Shown here: positions 11,046 to 19,178 of the stretch, one piece after another | How the letters are laid out: the number at the start of each line of letters is the position of its first letter | How positions within the stretch are numbered: the stretch's first letter is position 1 | Made by a program: the position numbers and the translations under genes | DNA from: an uncultured Armatimonadia bacterium | Lineage (GTDB): Bacteria; Armatimonadota; Zipacnadia; CAVVLO01 | Direction of reading: 5' to 3' | Assembly (NCBI GenBank): GCA_963749155.1 | Contig: CAVVLO010000002.1 | Location: 1,024,001 to 1,088,000, forward strand | DNA: 64,000 nucleotides | Notes under the pieces: generated by a model | The model's database searches: none | What the model was told of the DNA's origin: nothing | Seen by the model: the letters and a program-made list of their open reading frames with translations, nothing else

Positions 11046-11576
11046 TTAGTGGTGGTGGCCGTCTGAGCAGCCCCAGCCGGGGCCTTCGATGGCAATATCC
11101 AGGCTTACAGTAACAGGCTTGCCGGTGCGTTCGAGCTCCAGCAACTGCGCCTTCACCTCGGGACCACCTGCGGAGAAGCCTCCAAGCTGGCCTTTGGCGC
11201 CGAGGACTCGGTGACAGGGCACCAGCAAGGGAAAAGGATTGCGCGCCATTGCCTGCCCCACAGCCCTGGCAGCGCCAGGACGTCCAGCTCGTTCTGCAAC
11301 CTCACCATAAGCAAGTGTGTGCCCAGCGGGGATTGCCTGCACTACCTCGGTCACTGCCTTGCGGAAGGGCGTGAAGCCTGCGAAATCCAGTGGGAAGCCC
11401 GAAAGGTTTACAGCCAACCCATCAAAGTAGTCGGAAAGCGCCGACTGCAGCTTGATGGCCAAATCCGGCGCCTCGCGCGGTGTTCCATACAAGGTCACCT
11501 GGCAGATTAGCGAGTTCTCTTCAGGCATCCTCAGCAGCTTCAGGCCCGTCACCATCGGGCCGGTCGGTTGGGGCAT
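11046..11576 (-). CDS. ogt: Methylated-DNA--protein-cysteine methyltransferase
   Basis: YGEVA, AARAVGQAMARNP, active-site PCHRV; start uncertain (overlaps the uvrC end by 56 nt). Confidence 0.92.
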   Translation of the reverse strand: MPQPTGPMVTGLKLLRMPEENSLICQVTLYGTPREAPDLAIKLQSALSDYFDGLAVNLSGFPLDFAGFTPFRKAVTEVVQAIPAGHTLAYGEVAERAGRPGAARAVGQAMARNPFPLLVPCHRVLGAKGQLGGFSAGGPEVKAQLLELERTGKPVTVSLDIAIEGPGWGCSDGHHH

Positions 11577-13410
11577 CGGGTTCCTCCTCGGGATGGAAAT
11601 GCAAAAACAGGCGTTCTGCCACAGGGCGGGTCATACCAGGGGCGCGCGCCAGGTCCATTACAGAGGCGCTTGCAACCGTCTCGATGGTGCCGAAATGGGC
11701 CAGCAGCTTCCTCAGCCTGATGCGGCCCATACCTTCGATGGACTCAAGCTCCGCCTGGAGAGAAGTGCGGGTGCGCACTGAGCGATGCTGAGTTATGGCG
11801 AACCGGTGAGCCTCATCGCGCATCCGTTGCACCAGAAAATGAGCTGGCTCTCCCTCTTCCAGTGCAACAGGTGTCTTGCGGCCGGGTATGAAAACCTGTT
11901 CTTCCTGCTTGGCAAGTGAGGCAATCGGTATTTCGTTCAATCCCAGGGCCCCAAGTACCTCGACCGCGACCTTCAGATGGCCTTTGCCCCCGTCAATCAA
12001 CACCAGATCAGGCCGCCTGCGGAAGGACTCATCGTCCTGCCCTGAGAGGCGGAAGCGCCGGCCAAGCAACTCTTCCATCATCGCATAGTCGTTAGGCTTT
12101 GGATAATCGCCGCGCAGATTGAACTTGCGATACTGGCTCTTGGCGGGGAGGCCTTCCTCAAAGACGATCATCGAGCCTGTGGCGTTGGTGCCGCTGGTAT
12201 TGGACACATCGTAGGTCTCAATGCGACTTGGACGAGCGGGCAGCCCGAGCAGATTTTGCAAGCGGCCCAGGGCCAGATCGGCCTGTTCTTTTTCAATACT
12301 TTTACGATATTGTTCGCGCGCGCGCAGTTCTTCGAGGTTGCGAGCGGCCAGGTCCATCAGCTTGCGGCGTTCTCCGCGCTTCGGAACCACCAGCTCCACC
12401 TTCGAGCCTCGCAGCCCAGACAGCCATTCGGCAAGCAACTCGGTCTCTTGGGGTTCTGTCTCGAGCAGCAGTAACTCGGGCACATAGGCAACTGAAGCAT
12501 ACCGTTGTTTGATGAATTCGGTCAGGATCTCTTCCACAGGGCGATCCTGCGAGCCAGCCAGATGGAAGTCATCCTGTCCGACCAGCTTGCCGAAACGGAA
12601 GAACAGCAGCAAAAGTAAAGCGGGCTCGCCCGGCAGCAAGGTTATCAGATCAGCCTCGTGCAAGCGGGTCGAGACCAGCTTCTGCTCGCCCAGCAGCACC
12701 GTCACATCGCGAAACTGGTCGCGCAGACTGGCAGCTTTCTCGAAATCCAGCTCTGCCGAGGCGGCCTTCATCTCTTTTTCGAGTCGCTTCGCCAGTTGCT
12801 CATGCCGCCCCTGGAGGAAATCTACCACCTTGTCCGAGATTGCCTTATTCTCAGCCTGAGATACCTCAGGTCGACAAGGCCCGAGACACTGGCCAATATG
12901 AAAGTAGAGGCAAGGCCGCCAGCTCGCATCTGCGCGCAGTTTGGACAGGTCCTTGCGGCAGGGGCGAAATTTGAAGAGCCTGTGGATGAGCCGGATGGTG
13001 CCCCTCATCGAGCCGACATCAGGATAAGGCCCAAAATAAAGCGCGCCATCTTTCTCGATCTTCCGCACGACTCGCAGCATGGGGAAGGGTGAGCCCACGT
13101 CGATGCGCAGATACGGATATTGCTTGTCATCTGTCAGCATCACGTTGTAGGGAGGCTTCTCTTGCTTGATCAGGCTGCACTCGAGCGCCAGCGCCTCTAT
13201 CTCATTGTCGGTAAGGAGATAGTCGAAAGTGACAACTTTCTCAAGCATCAGCTCGCCCCAGACGGTAGGCGGCTTCTGCACAAACCACTGGTGCAGGCGA
13301 TTGCTAAGGTTTTTGGCCTTGCCCACATACACGATGCGGCCTCGGGCGTCTTTCATCAGATAGACGCCTGGGCTTTTCGGTATCCCTTTGAGTAAAGCTT
13401 TATCGATCAT
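11521..13410 (-). CDS. uvrC: Excinuclease ABC subunit C
   Basis: GIY-YIG PGVYLM...YVGKAKNL, RIETYDVSN, LIDGGKG, RDEAHRFA, C-terminal HhH. Confidence 0.97.
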   Translation of the reverse strand: MIDKALLKGIPKSPGVYLMKDARGRIVYVGKAKNLSNRLHQWFVQKPPTVWGELMLEKVVTFDYLLTDNEIEALALECSLIKQEKPPYNVMLTDDKQYPYLRIDVGSPFPMLRVVRKIEKDGALYFGPYPDVGSMRGTIRLIHRLFKFRPCRKDLSKLRADASWRPCLYFHIGQCLGPCRPEVSQAENKAISDKVVDFLQGRHEQLAKRLEKEMKAASAELDFEKAASLRDQFRDVTVLLGEQKLVSTRLHEADLITLLPGEPALLLLLFFRFGKLVGQDDFHLAGSQDRPVEEILTEFIKQRYASVAYVPELLLLETEPQETELLAEWLSGLRGSKVELVVPKRGERRKLMDLAARNLEELRAREQYRKSIEKEQADLALGRLQNLLGLPARPSRIETYDVSNTSGTNATGSMIVFEEGLPAKSQYRKFNLRGDYPKPNDYAMMEELLGRRFRLSGQDDESFRRRPDLVLIDGGKGHLKVAVEVLGALGLNEIPIASLAKQEEQVFIPGRKTPVALEEGEPAHFLVQRMRDEAHRFAITQHRSVRTRTSLQAELESIEGMGRIRLRKLLAHFGTIETVASASVMDLARAPGMTRPVAERLFLHFHPEEEPDAPTDRPDGDGPEAAEDA

Positions 13411-13416
13411 CAGCAG

Positions 13417-15465
13417 CTACTTCTTGCGGCGACGCTTGCGATTCTGTTGCAATCGTTGCATCGTCGCTTTGCCGTAGGTTCCCTCCAGCTCGCGGAGTTG
13501 ATCACGATACAAGGCAGCTTTCTCGAAGTCCAGTCTCCCGGCTGCGTTCTTCATATTGGCTTCGAGATCCAGGACAAGCTCCAGCAGTTCCTCTTCAGGC
13601 AGCTTCTCCTCGGTCATTAAGACATCCGAAAGGGTTTCTGTCTTGGGCGCCTCTACCGGAGACAGGCTCTCTCTGACTGGCTTCTGGACACTGCGAGGAG
13701 TGATACCGTGCTCCTGGTTGAACTCGACCTGCACCTGCCGGCGACGTTCGGTCTCTTCGATGGCGCGCCTCAGAGATTCGGTCATATTGTCGGCGTACAT
13801 TATGACCCTGCCTTCAAGATGGCGAGAGGCCCGGCCAATCATCTGCACGAGTGAAGTAACCGAACGCAAGAAGCCCTCTTTGTCGGCATCCATTATCGCA
13901 ACCAGCGACACCTCGGGCAGGTCGAGGCCTTCGCGTAGCAGATTCACGCCGACAAGCACATCGAAGTCGCCCATCCTTAGGCCCCGGAGAATCTCAGGAC
14001 GCTCCAGCGTCTCTATCTGCGAATGGAGATAGGTCACCCTCACGCCCATCTCACCGAGATAATTGGCAAATTCTTCGGCCATCCGGATGGTCAGCGTTGT
14101 GACCAGCACCCTCTGCTTCTTGTCCACACGCAAGCGTATCTCGGAAAGCAGGTCCTCTATCTGCCCTTTGATGGGCCTGACTTCCAGCTCTGGGTCTAGA
14201 AGACCGGTTGGACGCACGAGTTGCTCTACAATCTGGTCACTGCGCGCAAGCTCATAAGGGCCAGGCGTTGCGGAGACAAATACGGTTTGGCCTATACGCC
14301 GCTCGAACTCGCTAAAGGTGAGAGGCCGGTTATCGAAGGCCGAAGGCAGGCGGAAACCAAATTTCACCAGCTCTTCCTTGCGCGACCGGTCGCCGTTATA
14401 CATCGCTGAGATCTGCGGCACCGTCTGGTGAGACTCATCAATAATGGTGAGGAAGTCGTCGGGCAGATAATCGAAAAGGGTATACGGAGGTTCGCCGATC
14501 TTGCGACCATCGAAATACCTGGAGTAATTCTCCACACCTCGGCACATACCGGTTGCGCGAAGCATCTCCATATCATATCTGACGCGTTCGCGCAGGCGCT
14601 GAGCCTCAATCAGCTTGTTCTCGCTGTGGAAATAGTCCAGCCGTTGCTCTAACTCGACCTTGACCTCGTCCAGGATCTCTTCCATACGGTCGGTTGGAGT
14701 CACATAATGAGTCGCCGGGAAGAGCCAGTCGCTTCGGCGGTCTTCGAGCAACTCCCCTGTGACAGGATGAACGAGGGTTATGGTCTCGATCTCATCGCCC
14801 CAGAGAGACACTCTGGTGATGACATCCGCATAGGCGGGCATTATGTCCACTACATCGCCCTTCAGCCGGAAGGTGCCAGGCGCGAGGTCATAGCTGGTGG
14901 CGACATATTCCATCTGGACCAGGCGTTCGGCAATAAAATCGCGGCTGATTTGCTGGCCTGTATGCACCTGGAGGCTGCTGCGAGAATACTCATCGGGCGA
15001 CCCGAGGCCGTAGATGCAGGAGACGCTGGCCACGATGACGCAATCTCGCCTGGTAGAGGCTGCCATCGTCGCCAGGTGTCTCAGCCGCTCTATGTCTTCG
15101 TTGCGATCGGCTTCTTTTTCAATATAGGTATCCGATCTCGCAATGTAGGCCTCAGGCTGGTAGTAATCGTAATAAGAGACAAAATAGCCGACAAGGCTAG
15201 CGGGCAAGAAAGACTTGAACTCCGAGTAAAGCTGGGCTGCCAGCGTCTTGTTGTGGGCGATGACCAGGGCAGGGCGCTGCACTGCTTCGAGCAGTTTGGC
15301 GATGGTATAGGTCTTGCCGGAGCCGGTAACCCCAAGCAAGGTCTGCATATGCTGGCCGGAGTGCAGACCGTCTGCAAGGCGAGCTATTGCCTGTGGCTGG
15401 TCGCCGGCAGGCTCGAAATCGGCTACTACTCTAAGTCTCTGGGTGGCTTCCACGTCAGTTCTCAT
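13417..15465 (-). CDS. uvrB: Excinuclease ABC subunit B
   Basis: LGVTGSGKT, YFVSYYDYYQPEAY, DESHQT, NLLREGLDLPEV. Confidence 0.98.
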   Translation of the reverse strand: MRTDVEATQRLRVVADFEPAGDQPQAIARLADGLHSGQHMQTLLGVTGSGKTYTIAKLLEAVQRPALVIAHNKTLAAQLYSEFKSFLPASLVGYFVSYYDYYQPEAYIARSDTYIEKEADRNEDIERLRHLATMAASTRRDCVIVASVSCIYGLGSPDEYSRSSLQVHTGQQISRDFIAERLVQMEYVATSYDLAPGTFRLKGDVVDIMPAYADVITRVSLWGDEIETITLVHPVTGELLEDRRSDWLFPATHYVTPTDRMEEILDEVKVELEQRLDYFHSENKLIEAQRLRERVRYDMEMLRATGMCRGVENYSRYFDGRKIGEPPYTLFDYLPDDFLTIIDESHQTVPQISAMYNGDRSRKEELVKFGFRLPSAFDNRPLTFSEFERRIGQTVFVSATPGPYELARSDQIVEQLVRPTGLLDPELEVRPIKGQIEDLLSEIRLRVDKKQRVLVTTLTIRMAEEFANYLGEMGVRVTYLHSQIETLERPEILRGLRMGDFDVLVGVNLLREGLDLPEVSLVAIMDADKEGFLRSVTSLVQMIGRASRHLEGRVIMYADNMTESLRRAIEETERRRQVQVEFNQEHGITPRSVQKPVRESLSPVEAPKTETLSDVLMTEEKLPEEELLELVLDLEANMKNAAGRLDFEKAALYRDQLRELEGTYGKATMQRLQQNRKRRRKK

Positions 15466-15505
15466 TTCCCGAAATATAAATCAGAGAAAAATCCCTTTTG
15501 AACGC

Positions 15506-15537
15506 AAAACAAAGGCAGGGCCCAAAGGACCCTGCCT
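15506..15537 (-). terminator. Rho-independent terminator after the PorV-like gene
   Basis: aggcagggtcc-ttt-gggccctgcct followed by tttgtttt on the minus strand. Confidence 0.7.
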
Positions 15538-15569
15538 CAATGATACCTGTTTCTGCCTGTTAGCTGAAC

Positions 15570-16409
15570 CTAGAAAGTCATACCAACGGTAATCATATGG
15601 AAGGGATCATCAAGATCAATCAGGCCATAATCGACTGTTGCCCTGCCAAAAGACAGGCCAGCGCCAACGCTCCAGACATCGGCTGGGTCGTTGTACCCGC
15701 CGCGAAGCAGCACCGGTACGCCCAGGAACTCGCCGAAGTCATACTCGCCACCGACTGCAAATCCGCGATCGACTTCATCGGCGACATCGAACAAGTCGGC
15801 CTCGAGCAGCAAGCCTGGCATCCAGTTGACCGCAACGCCCACATCGATGGTGGCAGCCAGCTTCTCACCAATCAGCGTATTGCTTGGGACGTTGCGCAAG
15901 ACAGCGGCGACTTTGCCCTCTTTGCCCAGGAAACCGAAGTCGTTCATTATGACGCCAAAATCGAGGGAAGTAGCCTCGGCATCATCAGCGCCATTATCAG
16001 CGGTGATCCATTTGGCAGAGATCCCGGCAACCAGGTCATCGTCCAGTTGATCCGCATAACCAATGACGAAGGTCTTGTAGTCAGTGCCAGGGTCATCGGC
16101 ATTGATGAAGTGATAACCGAGGGTGATTGCAGGATCGGTGTTGTTCTCTAGCGGCGCCCAGCAGAAGCCAAAAGCGCTCATATCTCCACCATCGGCGTCG
16201 AGACTGAAGCTCGCTCCGGCTTCTTTCTTTGGAAGCTCGAACACTCCGGCTGGGTTAACCAGTTGGGCATCGAAGCCTGTTGCGGTCGCGAGGACGGCGC
16301 CAGCCATTGCGGCTTCGCGCGCGCTGGGCACGGCAATCGGATTAGCCAAAGCCATAAGACTTACTGCAAGTAGTGCTGCGACTAGAGTGTAAATACTAAG
16401 ACGTTTCAT
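15570..16409 (-). CDS. PorV/PorQ/FadL-like outer-membrane beta-barrel
   Basis: Signal peptide; N-terminal AREAAMAGA...NPAG hatch motif; amphipathic strands, LRGGY, C-terminal Phe (VGMTF); start MKRLSIY at 16409 after GAGGTGG. Confidence 0.7.
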   Translation of the reverse strand: MKRLSIYTLVAALLAVSLMALANPIAVPSAREAAMAGAVLATATGFDAQLVNPAGVFELPKKEAGASFSLDADGGDMSAFGFCWAPLENNTDPAITLGYHFINADDPGTDYKTFVIGYADQLDDDLVAGISAKWITADNGADDAEATSLDFGVIMNDFGFLGKEGKVAAVLRNVPSNTLIGEKLAATIDVGVAVNWMPGLLLEADLFDVADEVDRGFAVGGEYDFGEFLGVPVLLRGGYNDPADVWSVGAGLSFGRATVDYGLIDLDDPFHMITVGMTF

Positions 16410-16444
16410 TGTTCCACCTCGTTGGAGGAGTATAGGGTCGTGGG

Positions 16445-16455
16445 AGTATACCACA
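16445..16455 (-). promoter_or_regulatory. Extended -10 promoter (TGTGgTATACT) for the PorV-like gene
   Basis: Direct motif match 36 nt upstream of the ATG. Confidence 0.55.
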
Positions 16456-16468
16456 GGAAAGGAGGCAC

Positions 16469-18418
16469 TCAGAACAAGGTCTGACTGGTGGCAAGTTCGA
16501 GCCAGACACGATCTCGCGCCTCGGACCAGCGCAGCATCGCTGTTATGCCCTGGGTGAGTTTGCGTTGCAGGTTTACTTCGTAATCCTGATACGAATACCC
16601 GTTGCCTTTCTGGGTGAGCTGGTAGAAGTAGACAGACCACTTGTCATCAAGGCGGTAACTCTGGTTGGCATCCAGCGCGTAATCGCCTGACAGCAGGTCG
16701 TACCGGGAAGTCAGATAGGCCGAGAAATTGTATGAAGGTCGCCAGCGCAAGTTGAAAAGCAGGTCTTCGGAATGCGGGTAAGAAGTGTCGTAGCGTGCGG
16801 TATCCGAATAGGAATAGCGCACCGAGAAATACGAATTTCTACCGAGTTTCTTGTCCATTTCCAGGTTGAAAAGGAAACTGTGTTCGTTGGCTCCATCCAG
16901 CGCAATTCCCTGACCGAGTCGAAGTCGCGGAGTTAACTCGAAGCCCCCTCCCAAATCCCAGCCCTCATGCAGCAAATCGAAACCAGCGGAAAAAGAAGTG
17001 CGGTCGGGAAGGGTCATCCGGTTATCGTAGAGCACATCGAAGTTGCCACGCCAACGCAAGTCAGAAAAACCTGGCAGCGGTTCTACCCGGGTTTGATACC
17101 GCCATCTGCCGCTGAGGTCGCCGTTGGCATCTCCCCCCTGTTTGCTGTAGTAGGTGGTAAAACTGGTAGAACCGTTATCGGAATATTTGTAAGTAGTGCC
17201 GGACAGATAGAGATAATCATGCCGGGGATAACCGACTGTAAAGTAAGTCGAGTTGTCCATATCGGATTGCAGGGTCGCGTTGAGGCGTAAACCCCAGTCG
17301 CTGCGCGTTATGTTGTCGACATCGAAGATAAACTTGTCATCGGGACGTGGAGAGTATTGCTCCTCAAGGCCAAGCGACCAGCCGGTGCCGGCCTCCCACT
17401 CGCCAAGAGAGCCTCGCATAAGCCGGACTGCCCCTACGCGCTTTTCACTGACTGCATAGAAGAAGGGCAAGTCTACTTCGAGCCCGTCGCTGCTGCTGAC
17501 TCCAAGCTTGGGATTTAGTACATCGGCTCCATAACTGAGGGGCACAAAATAGTAGGGCAGACTGAGTACGCGTTGATCGTCCACATAGACTTTCGCGCGC
17601 TCGCACAAGACTTTCTCGCCAGGGTAGATGACAGCCCTGCGGCAGACAATAGCCAGTCGGTCATCGATGGAATCGATAGGAAGGAAAGCCTCCGAGGGGA
17701 TACCGGCTTCTGCAAACTCATCCAGCCGAGAACCACAGAAACCCCTGGTGCGCAGGCGTTCTTCGCGGCAAATAATCGCCCCAACTTTGGCAGAGACATC
17801 CATCCAGAGGGCCTCGCCCTCCCAGGTAGAGCCGCCCTCTACATCGCTGACCGCTTTTACGTTGCCGCGCGCCTTGAGCACCGAGCGGTCGACATCGTAG
17901 GCCAGCGATTTGGCCTCTACATGCAAGGAGCGATAGCTAAAGACCGCGTTGCCCTGCGCCTCGCACACCTGAGAGTCCACGCCATAACGCACCCAGTCGC
18001 CCTTTACATGCATCAACTGCCAGCCACCGGTATCGCGTCCTACTTCGGCGGAGAACTCGATGCTAAGGCGCCCTTCGCCGTTGTTGGTGCGTTCGGTGGC
18101 TATGATGGTAGCCACGCCTTCTTTGACATCACTGGTAAGTGTGGTGCGAGCGATGCCGCCTTCGGTGGTTGCTATACTGGGGTCAAGCTGGCCTAGATCG
18201 GTGGAGAAAGAGATCTCAGTGCCATCAGCAACAGGATGCCCAGAGGAGGTGCTGACAGAAGCGGTGATTTCAGTAGTGCTTGCGCCATCCGCTTCGAGGA
18301 TATCGCGCGAAGCTGTAAGTTTTATGTAGGTGTCGCGAACGTCGGCCAGGGCAATTGACCCCACCGTGGCCACCAGCACCAGACCCAAGGCCAGCGCGAC
18401 CCAGACTCTCAACTTCAC
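16469..18418 (-). CDS. LptD-like outer-membrane protein with an N-terminal Big_1 (invasin) Ig domain
   Basis: Signal peptide; ADGASTTEITA..G.PVADGT.ISFSTDLG (Big_1); OstA-like AQGNAVF/ARGNVKA; VLSLPYYF; beta-strands ending in F. GTG start at 18418 preferred over 18451. Confidence 0.65.
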   Translation of the reverse strand: MKLRVWVALALGLVLVATVGSIALADVRDTYIKLTASRDILEADGASTTEITASVSTSSGHPVADGTEISFSTDLGQLDPSIATTEGGIARTTLTSDVKEGVATIIATERTNNGEGRLSIEFSAEVGRDTGGWQLMHVKGDWVRYGVDSQVCEAQGNAVFSYRSLHVEAKSLAYDVDRSVLKARGNVKAVSDVEGGSTWEGEALWMDVSAKVGAIICREERLRTRGFCGSRLDEFAEAGIPSEAFLPIDSIDDRLAIVCRRAVIYPGEKVLCERAKVYVDDQRVLSLPYYFVPLSYGADVLNPKLGVSSSDGLEVDLPFFYAVSEKRVGAVRLMRGSLGEWEAGTGWSLGLEEQYSPRPDDKFIFDVDNITRSDWGLRLNATLQSDMDNSTYFTVGYPRHDYLYLSGTTYKYSDNGSTSFTTYYSKQGGDANGDLSGRWRYQTRVEPLPGFSDLRWRGNFDVLYDNRMTLPDRTSFSAGFDLLHEGWDLGGGFELTPRLRLGQGIALDGANEHSFLFNLEMDKKLGRNSYFSVRYSYSDTARYDTSYPHSEDLLFNLRWRPSYNFSAYLTSRYDLLSGDYALDANQSYRLDDKWSVYFYQLTQKGNGYSYQDYEVNLQRKLTQGITAMLRWSEARDRVWLELATSQTLF

Positions 18419-18443
18419 CCTCGTTTCCAGCTTGTTTAGAAAG

Positions 18444-18471
18444 AGGGCCACCTCCCGAAGGTGGTGGCCCT
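18444..18471. terminator. Intergenic hairpin
   Basis: agggccacc-tcccgaaggt-ggtggccct. Confidence 0.45.
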
Positions 18472-18494
18472 AATAATCTCAGACTTGGCTCTTC

Positions 18495-19154
18495 TTACTC
18501 CTCGGGAGTAGCGGTGGCAACTGGTTCCGCCAGCACAATAACCTGTGAGAGCAACTTGGTAGCCGCATTGCGCACTGCGGCTCTCGCTGCTGCCTCCTCG
18601 GTGAGGGCTGCCTCCAGGCCACTATCAGCAATTGCGATCCCAGTAAAGGCCAAAGTGATATCTGACAAAGGCACTTGAGTGTAAGGATCGGTATTGGAGG
18701 CGACTTCTACCAGAGTTAGCCCAAGGCCAGCAGCCCCTTTACAGGTGCCACTTTCCTCGGTCAAGGCCGAGCAGCTTATTACACGTGGGACCAATACATA
18801 ATCAGCCCCGACAGCTATACCAAGCTTCACCGCGCGGCGTGGCTCAGTGATACGATCCCAGTCAGACTGCGTGACATTACCCGTAACTAGCGCCCGCTGG
18901 AAAATCGGCGACCTGGTATGGAGGAAGAAAGGCTTGAACTGCACAGCCTCTCCGTTGAACATTACAGGCTGAGAAAGCTGCCTTTGAAGCAGGTTGCCAT
19001 ATTCGCCGCTGCTAATTGCCAGCGAACCATTTTCCGCCTGCAAGGCGACCACTGCAAGTGACACCGTGCGTATTGGCGCTGCCTCATCCTGGGCCAACCC
19101 AAGACCGCAGGTAAGTATCACCATTATAAGCAAGCATCCGATAAGCCGAAGCAT
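18495..19154 (-). CDS. Exported CsgG/HfaB-like protein
   Basis: Signal peptide; AVKLGIAVGADYVL..V and LTLVEVAS motifs typical of the CsgG/TolB-N fold. Confidence 0.45.
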   Translation of the reverse strand: MLRLIGCLLIMVILTCGLGLAQDEAAPIRTVSLAVVALQAENGSLAISSGEYGNLLQRQLSQPVMFNGEAVQFKPFFLHTRSPIFQRALVTGNVTQSDWDRITEPRRAVKLGIAVGADYVLVPRVISCSALTEESGTCKGAAGLGLTLVEVASNTDPYTQVPLSDITLAFTGIAIADSGLEAALTEEAAARAAVRNAATKLLSQVIVLAEPVATATPEE

Positions 19155-19178
19155 CCGATGATCCTCCTCCGCAAGCGG

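Noticed and set aside
15466..15510. LexA/SOS box upstream of uvrB (and of uvrA at 62880-62938)
   Set aside because: No GAAC-N4-GTTC or CTGT-N8-ACAG palindrome present
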